A DNA stretch of 64,000 nt. Source: an uncultured delta proteobacterium (GTDB lineage: Bacteria; Desulfobacterota; WTBG01; CAIYCZ01; CAIRTM01). A model generated the notes under the pieces. It saw only the letters and a list, made by a program, of their open reading frames with translations, was not told the DNA's origin and ran no database searches. The stretch's first letter is position 1. Every line of letters starts with the position of its first letter. The stretch spans positions 32,001 through 96,000 of the forward strand of contig CAWDSQ010000014.1 in assembly GCA_963804955.1 (NCBI GenBank), written 5' to 3'. Both the position numbers and the translations under genes were made by a program. Below, one piece after another: positions 1-10,100 of this stretch.

Positions 1-98
1 TGTCCGACGAGAAATACTATGGCTATAACGCCGATGAGGGCTCCTGCGGTGGTGGAGCGGTCATGCAGGAGAATTTTGAGAGCTACGCGGCTACGCAT
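1..98 (-). CDS. ABC transporter permease (DevC/FtsX-like), N-terminal fragment running off the window edge
   Basis: Not in ORF track. Manual translation from ATG at 98 gives MRSRVALKILLHDRSTTAGALIGVIAIVFLVGQ, a typical permease N-terminus. The start overlaps the end of the upstream gene. Confidence 0.6.
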   Translation of the reverse strand, partial: MRSRVALKILLHDRSTTAGALIGVIAIVFLVG

Positions 99-1152
99 CG
101 GGGATCACCTTCTTCAAAAGCTCGCTGTGGCCGTTCTCAAGCCCGCTGATGAACAGATCGACACTGGCGGCAAGGCTCTCGCGCGCAAGCAAAGCCGCCC
201 GGCCATGAACGGCGAGTTTTATCTGCGGATATTTCTCGCGGATCTGGGCGATGAGGCGCTGTGCCTCGGGCAGGCCCGCTATTGATGAAACGGCCAGCAC
301 GACGGACTGCGGGCTGTTCTTCAAAATGGCATACATGATGTCCTCATCGGACACATCGCTGCCAAGGAAGTAGACGGACCAGCCCTTGATTTCAAGAAAA
401 TTGGCAAACACCTCCACATCGAGCGCTTCCTGCTCGCCGGGCATGCAGGCCACAAGCGCCCTGAAGGGAAAGCGGCGCTCGCCGAAAATGCTGTCTATGA
501 CCCGCAGAATCACATAGCGGCTGATATCATCAGCCGCGCGCTCATCAACTGCGCTCACTTTATTCTGCAGCCACAAAAGGCGCATGCGCTCAAGGGCTGG
601 AAGCAGGATGTCTTCATACACGCGCTCAATAGAGGCGCCGTCGCGAATGCGGGAAAGAATATGTTCGGCTGCGAACTTGCGGTTTTTGGCCATGAGCAGA
701 TCGAAAAACGGCTGTGCTTCGGCGGGAAGAGCCTCCGGCGGCGTCTGAAGCCGCTCGTACAGCACAGGCAGCTGTTGGACAAGATGCTGCACGGCGGGGA
801 TAAGCTGGTCTGCAGCCTCCCGCTTCACAAGGCACTGTATGGCCATGATCCATGATTTCAGCAGGGCCTCGACAAACTGGGGCTTGATGCCGCGGCTGTC
901 AAGGGACGCGATATGGGCAGAAGCCTCCTCAGGCAGATGCCCGACCAGATCGAAGCTGTAAACGCCCAGAAGAAGGTCGCCGAATCGCCGGGTGAACTCG
1001 CGGGCAATATCCATGTGTTTGCATGCGACGCCGTCGCAGGCAAAACGGTTTTCAAGGGCGAACTTGTCATTGACAAAAACGACAAGCTTGGGCAGGGCCT
1101 GGCTAAAAGCCTGTGCTGCGCTTGCTGCTGTGCTGGTTGGACCTGCCGCCAT
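91..1152 (-). CDS. Cobalamin-binding-fold protein (B12-binding_2 cap plus Rossmann B12 domain) with degenerate ligands
   Basis: ILLPALERMRLLWLQNKVSAVDE cap helix and ACMPGEQ...FLEIKGWSVYFLGSDVS Rossmann segment; no DNA-binding HTH seen. Confidence 0.75.
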   Translation of the reverse strand: MAAGPTSTAASAAQAFSQALPKLVVFVNDKFALENRFACDGVACKHMDIAREFTRRFGDLLLGVYSFDLVGHLPEEASAHIASLDSRGIKPQFVEALLKSWIMAIQCLVKREAADQLIPAVQHLVQQLPVLYERLQTPPEALPAEAQPFFDLLMAKNRKFAAEHILSRIRDGASIERVYEDILLPALERMRLLWLQNKVSAVDERAADDISRYVILRVIDSIFGERRFPFRALVACMPGEQEALDVEVFANFLEIKGWSVYFLGSDVSDEDIMYAILKNSPQSVVLAVSSIAGLPEAQRLIAQIREKYPQIKLAVHGRAALLARESLAASVDLFISGLENGHSELLKKVIPDA

Positions 1153-1167
1153 AGCCGTTTCAGTAGT

Positions 1168-1201
1168 TTGGAATTTTAGATTTTGGATTTTGGATTTTCG
1201 G
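1168..1201. repeat. Heptamer tandem repeat (GATTTTR-type)
   Basis: tttggaattttagattttggattttggattttcgg in intergenic gap. Confidence 0.7.
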
Positions 1202-1248
1202 CTCCTTGGGCAATTTCTGAATTCCGCAAGCCAAAAGCCGCAGTCTTA

Positions 1249-1878
1249 TCACTTGCGCTTTGCGCCGGTGACGATAACAGGCTCAACAGGCACATTCTGA
1301 TGCCCGCCTGTCGTGGCCGTCTTGACCGCAGCGATCTTGTCAACGACATCCATGCCGCTCACCACTTTGCCGAACACGGCATAACCGAAATCGCGAACGC
1401 CGTGGTCAAGAAAGCTGTTGTCGGTAAGGTTGATAAAAAACTGCGCCGTGGCGCTGTCCACAACCCCTGTGCGCGCCATGGCCAGCGTGCCCCGGCTGTT
1501 GCGCAGGCCGTTGTCGGCCTCGTTTTTAATGGGCGCTTTTGTCGGTTTTTGCGTCATATCTTTCTTGAAGCCGCCGCCCTGAATCATAAAATTCGGAATA
1601 ACACGGTGAAAAATCGTGTCGCTGAAAAACCCCTCATCCACATAGGCCAGAAAATTTTTCACGGTTATGGGGGCCTTGTCGGCATACAGTTCAATCGTAA
1701 AGTCACCCTGATTTGTTGAAAAAACGACCTCGATATTCTCCATTTTTTTGCTCTCCATTTTCTTGATAGTTTGATTATCCGGCACAGCTTGTGCCTCGTG
1801 TGCAGCAAAAAAAAGACCTGAAAACAATGCTGCTGCAAACAATGCCACGACGGGAATACATATTTTTTTTCTCTTCAT
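1249..1878 (-). CDS. ppiA: Cyclophilin-type peptidyl-prolyl cis-trans isomerase with signal peptide
   Basis: [49 protein letters not shown]; hydrophobic N-terminus ending AQA. Confidence 0.95.
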   Translation of the reverse strand: MKRKKICIPVVALFAAALFSGLFFAAHEAQAVPDNQTIKKMESKKMENIEVVFSTNQGDFTIELYADKAPITVKNFLAYVDEGFFSDTIFHRVIPNFMIQGGGFKKDMTQKPTKAPIKNEADNGLRNSRGTLAMARTGVVDSATAQFFINLTDNSFLDHGVRDFGYAVFGKVVSGMDVVDKIAAVKTATTGGHQNVPVEPVIVTGAKRK

Positions 1879-2153
1879 AGCGCACCTGTTGTAAAGTTAT
1901 TGAACTGAGGCTGTCGGGCTTCTTATAACCAGGGAGCTGCCCCTGATTATTTTCATCCTTATTTTTAACGCAAACACTAATTATATTTTAGATACATACT
2001 ACATAATACAAGGTCAAACAAGCACAATAAACAACTGCCCGGGGCTGATTAAAATCAATGAACACACCTGCGTTTTTACAACTATTCTGTTGACCTCGTC
2101 AGGGGTCTGTATTAATAAAATAACTTCTGTTTTTTACTATAAAGGTTAGCGGC

Positions 2154-3111
2154 ATGGGCTCTTCCAGTCAATCCTGCAGGCAAAAACCAGCGTCATTCTT
2201 CAGAAACATACTCTGCTGCGGCCTTGCTGCTTTGCTCTTCTTCCCGGCATGCTCAATTAATACACATAGCCGTCAACTCGTTTGCCGATGCCCTCGGGTC
2301 AGGGGCAGGCACAACCTTCACCTCTGAAAGCGATCTTGAGCTTGTTGAAGGCTCACTGCCCTTCAGCCTCAAAACCATGGAGGCCCTGCTTGAAAAAACG
2401 CCGAAGCATAAGGGCCTCTGCCTGTCGCTTGCTCAAGGGTATATGCTCTACGGCTATGCATTTTGTGAGCTGAAAGCCGATGAGGTAAAAGACCGGGATT
2501 TTGCCCACTACCAGCTCCAGCGCGACAGGGCCAAGCTGTTCTACCAGCGCGCCAACGGCTATGCCCGGCGGGGGCTTGAGCTCAGCTCTCCCGGTTATGC
2601 CAAAGCCTGCGCGGCAAACTGCGTCGAGGCTGTTAGGCTGGTTGACGATAAGGCAAGCGTACCGTATCTGTACTGGTCAGGCGCAGCCCTTGCCAAATGG
2701 ATAACCCTTGCCAAGACCGATCCTGCGGCAGCTGTTCGCCTGCCCGAAGCCGCAGCCACTATGCAGCGCGCCCTCGAGCTTGACCCTGACTATGACAACG
2801 GTTCCATTCATGAATTCTTTATCTCCTATGAAGCCCGGGGGGCCAGCATGGGCGGCGACGCGAATAAAGCAGTCGAGTATTTCAAAAAGGCCGAAGCCCT
2901 TGCTGCAGGTAAAAAGCTCTCGCCCTGGCTCACCTATGTGGAAGCGGTCAGCATCCCCGGCCAGAACAAAAAAGAGTTTGACGAATACATTCAGAAAATA
3001 CTGGCATTTAACCTTGACTTCTGCCCGGAGAACCGGCTGGTGAACGCCATTGCCCGGAAGCGGGCACAGTATCTTCTGCAGAAAAAAGACGACCTTTTTC
3101 TTGGAGAATAG
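2154..3111 (+). CDS. tatT: TRAP-associated TPR lipoprotein TatT (T component); one frameshift near 2262
   Basis: ESDLELVEGSLPFSLKTMEALL...NRLVNAIARKRAQYLLQKKDDLF. ATG 2154 encodes a lipoprotein signal (..GLAALLFFPAC) that joins the main ORF if one base is removed. Confidence 0.85.
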
Positions 3112-3114
3112 ACC

Positions 3115-4134
3115 ATGAAGCTCACAAAATTTTTCGCGTTCCTGTTTGCAGTACTTTTTGTCCTGCTTGCAGCTCCGGCCTCCCGCGCGGAGCAGCAGCC
3201 CCTGACCATCAAGCTTGCAACCCTGGCCCCGGAAGGCACCATTTTCTATGACTCGCTTCTGAAAATGGCCAATGAATGGACGCGCCTGTCCGGCGGAAAA
3301 GTGAAGATAAAAATTTATGCAGGCGGCATTGCCGGCTCCGAGGATGACATGGTGCGCAAAATCCGCATCGGCCAGCTCCATGCAGCAACCCTGTCTGCCA
3401 TCGGCATGATGCAGATCGACGCCTCCTACACGGCGCTGCAGCTGCCTGGCATGATGTCCACGTACGAGGAGCTCGACTATGTTCGCAGGCAGCTCGCGCC
3501 GCAGATAGAAAAACGCTTTGCCGACAAGGGCTTTGTTGTCGCCAATTACTGCGATCTGGGGCATATGTACTTTTTCACCGCAAAAAAAACCGGCTCCATC
3601 GCAGAGCTGCAGAAGAAAAAGATCTGCACCTTCGCCGGCGATCAGGCCAGCAAAGAAATATGGGCCAAGGCAGGCTTCAACGCGGTTGACGTCCCCATGA
3701 GCGAAATGATGACGGCCCTGCAGACCGGCCTCATCGACGGGTTCATGAATACCCCGGTATTTGCCCTGTCTCTCCAGATTTTTGCCAAGGCCCCGAACAT
3801 GATCAATGTCAGCTACGGCATAGCCATTGGCGCCACCATCGTGCAGAAAAGCGTCTGGAATAAAATCGATCCGGATCTGCAGAAGGCCTTTATAAAAGCT
3901 TCGCAGGACCTCGTGGCCCAGTCGCAGGCCGAGGTGCGCAGCATGGATGAGAAGGCCATTGCCGAGATGAAAAAATACGGCCTGCAGATGACCGAGGTTG
4001 CACCTCAGGACGTAAAGCTGTGGATAGACCCGCTGCAGAAAATTTATCCGGAAATCCGCGAGAAGCTCATTCCAAAAGACATCTTCGACAAGACCATCGA
4101 GCTTCGCAACCAGTACCGGGCGGAGAAAAAATAA
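3115..4134 (+). CDS. dctP: TRAP substrate-binding protein DctP/TatP
   Basis: IKLATLAPEGT, YAGGIAGSEDDMVRKIRIGQL, ALQTGLIDG; signal peptide. Confidence 0.93.
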   Translation: MKLTKFFAFLFAVLFVLLAAPASRAEQQPLTIKLATLAPEGTIFYDSLLKMANEWTRLSGGKVKIKIYAGGIAGSEDDMVRKIRIGQLHAATLSAIGMMQIDASYTALQLPGMMSTYEELDYVRRQLAPQIEKRFADKGFVVANYCDLGHMYFFTAKKTGSIAELQKKKICTFAGDQASKEIWAKAGFNAVDVPMSEMMTALQTGLIDGFMNTPVFALSLQIFAKAPNMINVSYGIAIGATIVQKSVWNKIDPDLQKAFIKASQDLVAQSQAEVRSMDEKAIAEMKKYGLQMTEVAPQDVKLWIDPLQKIYPEIREKLIPKDIFDKTIELRNQYRAEKK

Positions 4135-4182
4135 TATTTTGGTGGGCGCAGCGCACTTTTCTAATGAGCAATTTATCCTTAC

Positions 4183-6003
4183 ATGCATTCTATGGTACGA
4201 CGCTTCATAAATTTCGGTGAATTCGCCTGGCGCAGGTTTGAAAACGTTTCAACCGTCGCCGTCATGTCCGTCATGGTGGTGCTGCCGGTTCTGGAAGCAA
4301 CGCTTCGCAAATTCTTCAGCCTCACCCTGCCGGGCGCCGCCGAATACGTTCGCCACGGCACGCTCTGGGTTGCCTTCATCGGCGCTGCCCTTGCCGCACG
4401 GGAGGGCGTTCATCTCAAAATGGCCTCCGGCGACTTCATCAAAAAAGAGCCTTTCAAAACAATCCTGTTCGTCTTTCAATCCTCTCTTGCCGTTGCCGTT
4501 TCAGCAGGTTTTGTCATCGCCTGCTTCGAGCTCATTTCAGCGGAGCGGGCAAACCTCATGAACGTAGCGCCGTTTCTGCCAACCTGGATAGCCCAGATAC
4601 CCATGCCCGTGTGCATGGCCATGGTGGCGGTAAGCTTCACGCGCAAGGCTCAGGGTTGGGCCGCGCGCGTCACCATCCTCGCGCTTGCCGGGGCCATGCT
4701 CTGCATCGGCTTTGTGCCCGAGGCAAACCGCGGGGCACTGCTCATGCCCACGATCATCGTATTGCTGGCGGGGCTTCTGGCCGGCGCCCCGCTGTTTACC
4801 GTCTTCGGCGGGCTGGCGCTCTTTCTCTTCTTCATGGACGGCATACCCCTTGCCGCGGTTCCTTCGGAGACCTACCGCGTGGTAGCATCACCCACGCTCC
4901 CGACAATACCGCTCTTCACCCTTGCTGGCTATATTCTTTCGGAAGGCGGAGCGTCAAAAAGGCTCGTGCACCTGTTTCATGCCCTTTTCAGCTGGATGCC
5001 CGGCGGTGTGGCCGTCGCCACGGTGCTTGTCTGCGCGTTCTTCACCACGTTTACCGGAGCCTCGGGAGTAACGATTCTGGCTCTCGGCGGACTTCTGTTT
5101 CCCATGCTTGTAAAGGAAGCCTACCCGGAGCGATTCTCTCTGGGGCTGGTGACAGCATCGGGCTCCATCGGGCTGCTCTTCCCGCCGTCGCTGCCCATCA
5201 TCATCTACGGAGTGGTGGCGGCTATTCCTATCGACAGGATGTTCATCGCCTGCCTTATTCCGGGGCTGATGCTGGTAACGCTGGTGTCGGGCTTTGGGAT
5301 CGGGCTGTCAAAATTCAAGCGTATCGCGTCAACGCCGTTTCACTTCTCGACCCTGAGGCGTTCGATTTCGGTTGCCAAGTGGGACCTTCTGCTGCCGGTC
5401 ATCGTCATCGTGGGGATTTTCGGGGGATTAACGACCATTGTGGAGGCAGCGGCTTTAACCGTGCTCTACGCCATTATTCTTGAATGTTTTATTCACAAGA
5501 CGCTGACATTCACCGTGGGGCTTCCCCGCACCATGGTAAAATGCGGCGAGATCGTGGGCGGCGTGCTGATTATTCTCGGTTTTGCTTTCGGACTGACCAA
5601 CTACCTGATCGATGCCGAAATTCCGGCGCTGCTGAAAACATGGGTGCAGGCAACGATCCATTCAAAATTCCTCTTCCTCATCATTCTCAACCTGCTGCTC
5701 ATCGTGGTTGCCTGCATGATGGACATCTTCAGCGCCATCGTGGTGGTGGTGCGCATCATGCTGCCCATTGCAACGGCCTACGGCATCGATCCGGTGCACC
5801 TGGGTGTCATGTTTCTCGTTAACCTCGAGCTTGGCTATCTCATGCCGCCCATGGGCCTGAACCTGTTCTTCTCGGCCTATCGGTTCGAGCGGCCGCTGAC
5901 CGATGTCTACCGCGCAGTCGTCCCCTTCCTGATACTTGGCGCCATTATCGTGGCACTGGTTACCTATGTACCCTGGCTGTCCCTCTGCCTCATCGGGAAA
6001 TAG
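4183..6003 (+). CDS. dctM: TRAP transporter fused small and large permease (DctQ-DctM)
   Basis: 606-aa polytopic protein; TIPLFTLAG, GSIGLLFPPSLPIIIYG, GIDPVHLGV, PPMGLNLF. Confidence 0.93.
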   Translation: MHSMVRRFINFGEFAWRRFENVSTVAVMSVMVVLPVLEATLRKFFSLTLPGAAEYVRHGTLWVAFIGAALAAREGVHLKMASGDFIKKEPFKTILFVFQSSLAVAVSAGFVIACFELISAERANLMNVAPFLPTWIAQIPMPVCMAMVAVSFTRKAQGWAARVTILALAGAMLCIGFVPEANRGALLMPTIIVLLAGLLAGAPLFTVFGGLALFLFFMDGIPLAAVPSETYRVVASPTLPTIPLFTLAGYILSEGGASKRLVHLFHALFSWMPGGVAVATVLVCAFFTTFTGASGVTILALGGLLFPMLVKEAYPERFSLGLVTASGSIGLLFPPSLPIIIYGVVAAIPIDRMFIACLIPGLMLVTLVSGFGIGLSKFKRIASTPFHFSTLRRSISVAKWDLLLPVIVIVGIFGGLTTIVEAAALTVLYAIILECFIHKTLTFTVGLPRTMVKCGEIVGGVLIILGFAFGLTNYLIDAEIPALLKTWVQATIHSKFLFLIILNLLLIVVACMMDIFSAIVVVVRIMLPIATAYGIDPVHLGVMFLVNLELGYLMPPMGLNLFFSAYRFERPLTDVYRAVVPFLILGAIIVALVTYVPWLSLCLIGK

Positions 6004-6078
6004 TTTTCTGTGGGGGAAATATGATTTTACCAGAGTGCTTTTCTTTATTTTGTAGCCCCATTCTACATGCATGGCAAG

Positions 6079-6176
6079 TCCGTTCGTGGTGAGCCTGAGC
6101 TTGACGAAGGGTCGAACCATGAACGGAAAGTCTACCTTCGACCATTCGGCCCTTCGACAGGCTCAGGGCGAACGGA
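6079..6176. repeat. REP-like palindromic element (CCGTTCGTGGTGAGCCTG...CCCTTCGACAGGCTCAGGGCGAACGG type)
   Basis: Terminal inverted arms tccgttcg...cgaacgga between convergent genes; left arm carries a short internal insertion. Confidence 0.75.
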
Positions 6177-6234
6177 TGGAGCTTTCATTTTGCTCGGTGG
6201 TTTTTATAAAGGCTACAATATTTAGAAAAATGCT

Positions 6235-7560
6235 CTAATAGATGGCTTGTAAGGCAGCACCCCGAAAGTAGTGGGCAAGGATGGCATCGTAGCGGTAGCC
6301 CTGTGCCGCCATGGCTGCGGCACCTATCTGGCAGAGTCCTACGCCGTGGCCCCAGCCTGCGCCGCGAAGGGTAAAGCCTGCCGGCATTCCGTCTTTCTCT
6401 CCGGTGGTTTCAACAATGAATGCCGAACTGTACAGATGCGACGGTGACAGAGCCCTCCGGATGGCAAGCTCTTTTGCGATAATCTTTTCAGCCCTGGTGC
6501 CGGTAATTTTAAGTTTATAAATACGGCCCGAGTCGCCGCGGGCAAGGGGTATAAGCCCTTGAATTGCGCCGAAGTCGATGCCTGTCTTCTGCTTCAAAAG
6601 GTCCTGCATCTCGTTTTGCGAAAGCGTGACACTCCAGCGGAAAAAATGCTGCGTCTCACAATCAAAGTCCGGAAGCACGCGGGCAAGAAGTGTGCGGTCC
6701 GTCACATTGCAAAAGGCCGGCGGGCTTGCAAGGATAAACTTTCGCGCATCGTCCTCGCTGCTCACGGGAGGATTGAAGACTGCCCTGCCTTGAGCGCAGT
6801 CGGCAACAGGGGAGAGATATTGGAAATCCACATCCTGCCAGCAGGCGGAAAAGCGCTCGCTGATGCCGCCGCAGCATTTGGAAAACCGCGTGTCGCAGAT
6901 TTTTCCACCAAAAACAAGTACCTGTCCCCGCGTTTCGGCAAGGGCCTGCTGCGCAGCCGCATTCACCCGGCTCATGCCGTGATAGCGCTGGCAGTGGTCA
7001 TCGTTGCAGACATCAAAATTTTTATGGGCGGCCGCATCGGTAAAGGCCTCATCAGCAGGGGCTGCGGGCATGCGGGCTGAGCGTTTCAGCTCAAGCTGCG
7101 CCAGCAGCCAGCTGCGGGAGATGACGCAGTGGGCCTTTAAAAATTCAGCGTCGCTTTCCGGGCTCATCTCAGAACAGATCACCGCTTCAAGGTATGCTTC
7201 AAGCCCGATGCGGTTTACCACCGTGATGCCGCTCGTGCCGAAGGTGTCAAAGGCAATCTCGCCGCGAAAGCGCTGGCTTTGCAGCCGCTCCCAGTGAAAG
7301 TCCCTGCCGATGGCTACATTATGGAGGGTGAAGAAATTTTCAGAAGCCGCTGCCGGGACATACTGCAGCCGCGCCGACCGCTCAAGCTCACTGCCTCGGG
7401 CGTCGGACAAAACAATGCAACCGCGGTCAAAAAAAGAACGGTAGCAGCCCGCGCGGACTACCCTGCCGCCGAGGCTATAATCGCCCTGGAGCTCGAAATC
7501 AATCTGCCCTGCCACTTCAATAAGGCCAACGGCAATAACCGGTTCGCAATCAAACATCAC
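6235..7560 (-). CDS. SpoIID/LytB domain protein (peptidoglycan lytic transglycosylase family)
   Basis: LEAYLEAVICSEMS, FDVCNDDHCQRYHG, GAGWGHGVGLCQIGA, ILAHYFRGA. Confidence 0.9.
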   Translation of the reverse strand: MMFDCEPVIAVGLIEVAGQIDFELQGDYSLGGRVVRAGCYRSFFDRGCIVLSDARGSELERSARLQYVPAAASENFFTLHNVAIGRDFHWERLQSQRFRGEIAFDTFGTSGITVVNRIGLEAYLEAVICSEMSPESDAEFLKAHCVISRSWLLAQLELKRSARMPAAPADEAFTDAAAHKNFDVCNDDHCQRYHGMSRVNAAAQQALAETRGQVLVFGGKICDTRFSKCCGGISERFSACWQDVDFQYLSPVADCAQGRAVFNPPVSSEDDARKFILASPPAFCNVTDRTLLARVLPDFDCETQHFFRWSVTLSQNEMQDLLKQKTGIDFGAIQGLIPLARGDSGRIYKLKITGTRAEKIIAKELAIRRALSPSHLYSSAFIVETTGEKDGMPAGFTLRGAGWGHGVGLCQIGAAAMAAQGYRYDAILAHYFRGAALQAIY

Positions 7561-7590
7561 GGCAACCCCTGTTCATTGAACTCCACATAG

Positions 7591-7622
7591 ACCAAATCGG
7601 GGACAGCTGTCCCCGATTTGGT
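7591..7622. repeat. Perfect 32-bp palindrome
   Basis: accaaatcggggacagctgtccccgatttggt equals its own reverse complement. Confidence 0.9.
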
Positions 7623-7696
7623 TGAATATATACGACAACCAGGTCTGGTTGAATGTTTCCAGCCGGCCTGCACAATCTTTTCTGTTATGAATCCTG

Positions 7697-7924
7697 TCAG
7701 GTAGTATCGAAAGATTCCCCCGTATCGGAGGTAAGCCTCCTGAGTTTCATTGCGTCTCCAATGATCTCAACATGCCCGCAGTTCTTGCACATAAAGGCTT
7801 TTGTCTGAATATCCCCGGTTTCAAGCGTGAGGAACTTGGATCCCTGCGGCCGAAAGGAGGTCCGAATCGGGCTGTAAACAGCGCCGTTTACAACAGCTTC
7901 GCTTCCACACCGAATACATTTCAT
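7697..7924 (-). CDS. Small zinc-ribbon protein
   Basis: MKCIRCG...AFMCKNCGHVEI (two CxxC); GGAGG RBS upstream. Confidence 0.8.
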   Translation of the reverse strand: MKCIRCGSEAVVNGAVYSPIRTSFRPQGSKFLTLETGDIQTKAFMCKNCGHVEIIGDAMKLRRLTSDTGESFDTT

Positions 7925-8132
7925 CGAAACCTCCTTTGGATTGGGTAATGCGTATGTGATCCTGATACGAAGGCGCCTTACGCTGCGGAGAGTATAGAAA
8001 AAAATGCAAACCTATGTCAATAAATGATTCCCTGACTCTCTGGCTGCACGCACACTCGCCGGCATAAGGCATGGATAAACAAAACCTCTTTTTCAGTCTG
8101 CAAAAAATATCCGGTTCAGCACACCTCGGCTT

Positions 8133-8552
8133 TTATTCTCCTATGATCTTCACAAGAACACGCTTTTTTCTCCGCCCGTCAAACTCACCGTAGAAAATCT
8201 GTTCCCACGGGCCCAAATCAAGCTTCCCACCAGTAATTGCAACTACTACTTCACGACCCATAATTTGCCGTTTCAGATGCGCATCACCGTTGTCCTCACC
8301 GGTGCGGTTGTGCTGGTACTGCGACACAGGCGCATGGGGCGCAAGGTGCTCAAGCCATTTCTCATAATCCTGATGCAGCCCCGCCTCGTCATCGTTAATA
8401 AACACAGAAGCTGTGATGTGCATCGCGTTGACAAGAGCCAGCCCTTCCCGTATGCCGCTTTCCCGCAGGCATGCTTCCACCTCGCAGGTTATGTTGATAA
8501 AAGCGCGGCGCGTTCCCGTGCTGAACCAGAGCTCTTTACGATAGCTTTTCAT
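8133..8552 (-). CDS. yjbQ: Secondary thiamine-phosphate synthase family protein (UPF0047/YjbQ)
   Basis: [40 protein letters not shown]; start trimmed to MKSYRKEL. Confidence 0.92.
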   Translation of the reverse strand: MKSYRKELWFSTGTRRAFINITCEVEACLRESGIREGLALVNAMHITASVFINDDEAGLHQDYEKWLEHLAPHAPVSQYQHNRTGEDNGDAHLKRQIMGREVVVAITGGKLDLGPWEQIFYGEFDGRRKKRVLVKIIGE

Positions 8553-8674
8553 GGCCGCCCCCGGCTTATATGTCGTCAAAACACCCATCTCAAAAGAAAG
8601 CACAGAACACGCGCCCTGCACCCCGGCATGCACCCAGCTGCACTTTATTCGATCAAGTACGCATCAAGAAATGT

Positions 8675-10006
8675 TCAGGAACTGCCGATCTGAAGAGCAT
8701 CCTGCACTGATACATCGCTGAAACGTTTGAGCGTTGCGGCAAGGGCGGGGCGCTCGTTCTCTATCTGAACCAAATGATTGGAAATTGCCGTGCGCATGGT
8801 CATGGGCTCTGAAAACTCATTAACAAAGCCCTGTATATCATCGCCGGCGGTAAGGCCGAACAGATAATCGATATCAGCGTCATCAAGCACATGCAGGCCA
8901 AAACCCTGCGTGGAAAGCTTGATTTCCTCGGGGTCATTGTACTCAAACGAATTCTTCCACGACCGGGCATACTCATCAAGGCCCGTGCCTGTTTCGAGCT
9001 GTTGTGCAATGGCATGGGCTGCCTGGTAGCCGTACATGATGGCGCCCTGCACATAGGTCTCGATAAATGCCGCGGCATCTCCAACCACAACCACATTCCC
9101 TTCCACAGGATCTATAAGGGGGGTTGCGAAATTAAGCGCTGCAGCCCGTGTGTCAATAATCCTTGCATGCTTAAACCACGAAGCAAAATTTCCCCGCTTG
9201 ATAAAATGGTCTATCTCCTGCTTTGGCGAGAGCGCCGGCGGCCCGAGCGCGGGAACGCCCACGGTCAGTTCATACACCATATCTGTTGCCCCGCCATGCG
9301 GCTTGGGACACATATATATCTGCCCTCTGCCGCCGAGGGTATGCCCCTTGCCCATGAAGGTAATCCATGAATCGGGGTACGGGCAGTCCACGCCTGCCAA
9401 GTGGCAGGAGGCCACCATGAAACGCCCAAAAGCTGTACGCCGTGTTTTATTCAGCCCCAGGCTTTCTACTATACTCGAGTTGACACCATCGGCTGCTACG
9501 GCAATGCGGCTGACGGCAGCACATTCACGGCCTCCGGATCGCAGCGTCACCGCAACACCTCCCGCCGTATTTTCAGCCCTGAGAGCCTGCGTTTCAGGCA
9601 TGATTTCGATAGCGCTGCATGCCGCAACGCGCGCAAGCATGCCCTGCAGCAGGGCCTCTTTCTCAAACGAGACAGCAACATTGCCTTCAGGGCTTTTGCC
9701 GCCGATAATCAGCGTTTTGCCTCCTGCCGAAACCTTGACACTGCGCTTGAGCTCAATGATAGAACCGCTGTAGGGGAGGGAAAATTTATTCTCGGCAAAA
9801 TGAAACGCGCCTTCGGCATAGGTGACCAATTCCCGGTGCGTCCCCGGCTCGATGATTAAATTGGCGCAGCAGGCACGGTAGACCCGCGCAATGTCCTTCT
9901 TCATATCGACAAGCAGAACGCGTGCGCCTTTTTCGCCCAGGATCTGCGCCGTCATAAGGCCCGCAGGCCCGGCGCCCGCAATGATCACATCGTATTTTTT
10001 TTGCAT
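8675..10006 (-). CDS. FAD-dependent oxidoreductase, geranylgeranyl reductase/FixC-like
   Basis: YDVIIAGAGPAG, AADGVNS, VVGDAAA. Confidence 0.8.
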   Translation of the reverse strand: MQKKYDVIIAGAGPAGLMTAQILGEKGARVLLVDMKKDIARVYRACCANLIIEPGTHRELVTYAEGAFHFAENKFSLPYSGSIIELKRSVKVSAGGKTLIIGGKSPEGNVAVSFEKEALLQGMLARVAACSAIEIMPETQALRAENTAGGVAVTLRSGGRECAAVSRIAVAADGVNSSIVESLGLNKTRRTAFGRFMVASCHLAGVDCPYPDSWITFMGKGHTLGGRGQIYMCPKPHGGATDMVYELTVGVPALGPPALSPKQEIDHFIKRGNFASWFKHARIIDTRAAALNFATPLIDPVEGNVVVVGDAAAFIETYVQGAIMYGYQAAHAIAQQLETGTGLDEYARSWKNSFEYNDPEEIKLSTQGFGLHVLDDADIDYLFGLTAGDDIQGFVNEFSEPMTMRTAISNHLVQIENERPALAATLKRFSDVSVQDALQIGSS

Positions 10007-10021
10007 TAATTGCTATCCCTG

Positions 10022-10100
10022 TATTTTGGATTTTTTCAACCTGGAGATGGGATGCCTCTCCGGCAGCTGTATGCCAATCCAAAATCAAAAATCCAAAATC
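10022..10100. repeat. Inverted heptamer repeats (ATTTTGG / AATCCAA)
   Basis: attttggatttt...aatccaaaatcaaaaatccaaaat. Confidence 0.55.

Noticed and set aside
2677..4188. 503-aa antisense ORF (similar long ORFs at 20783-21799, 42323-43165, 55422-56381)
   Set aside because: Shadow frames of well-supported genes in GC-rich DNA; no recognisable motifs
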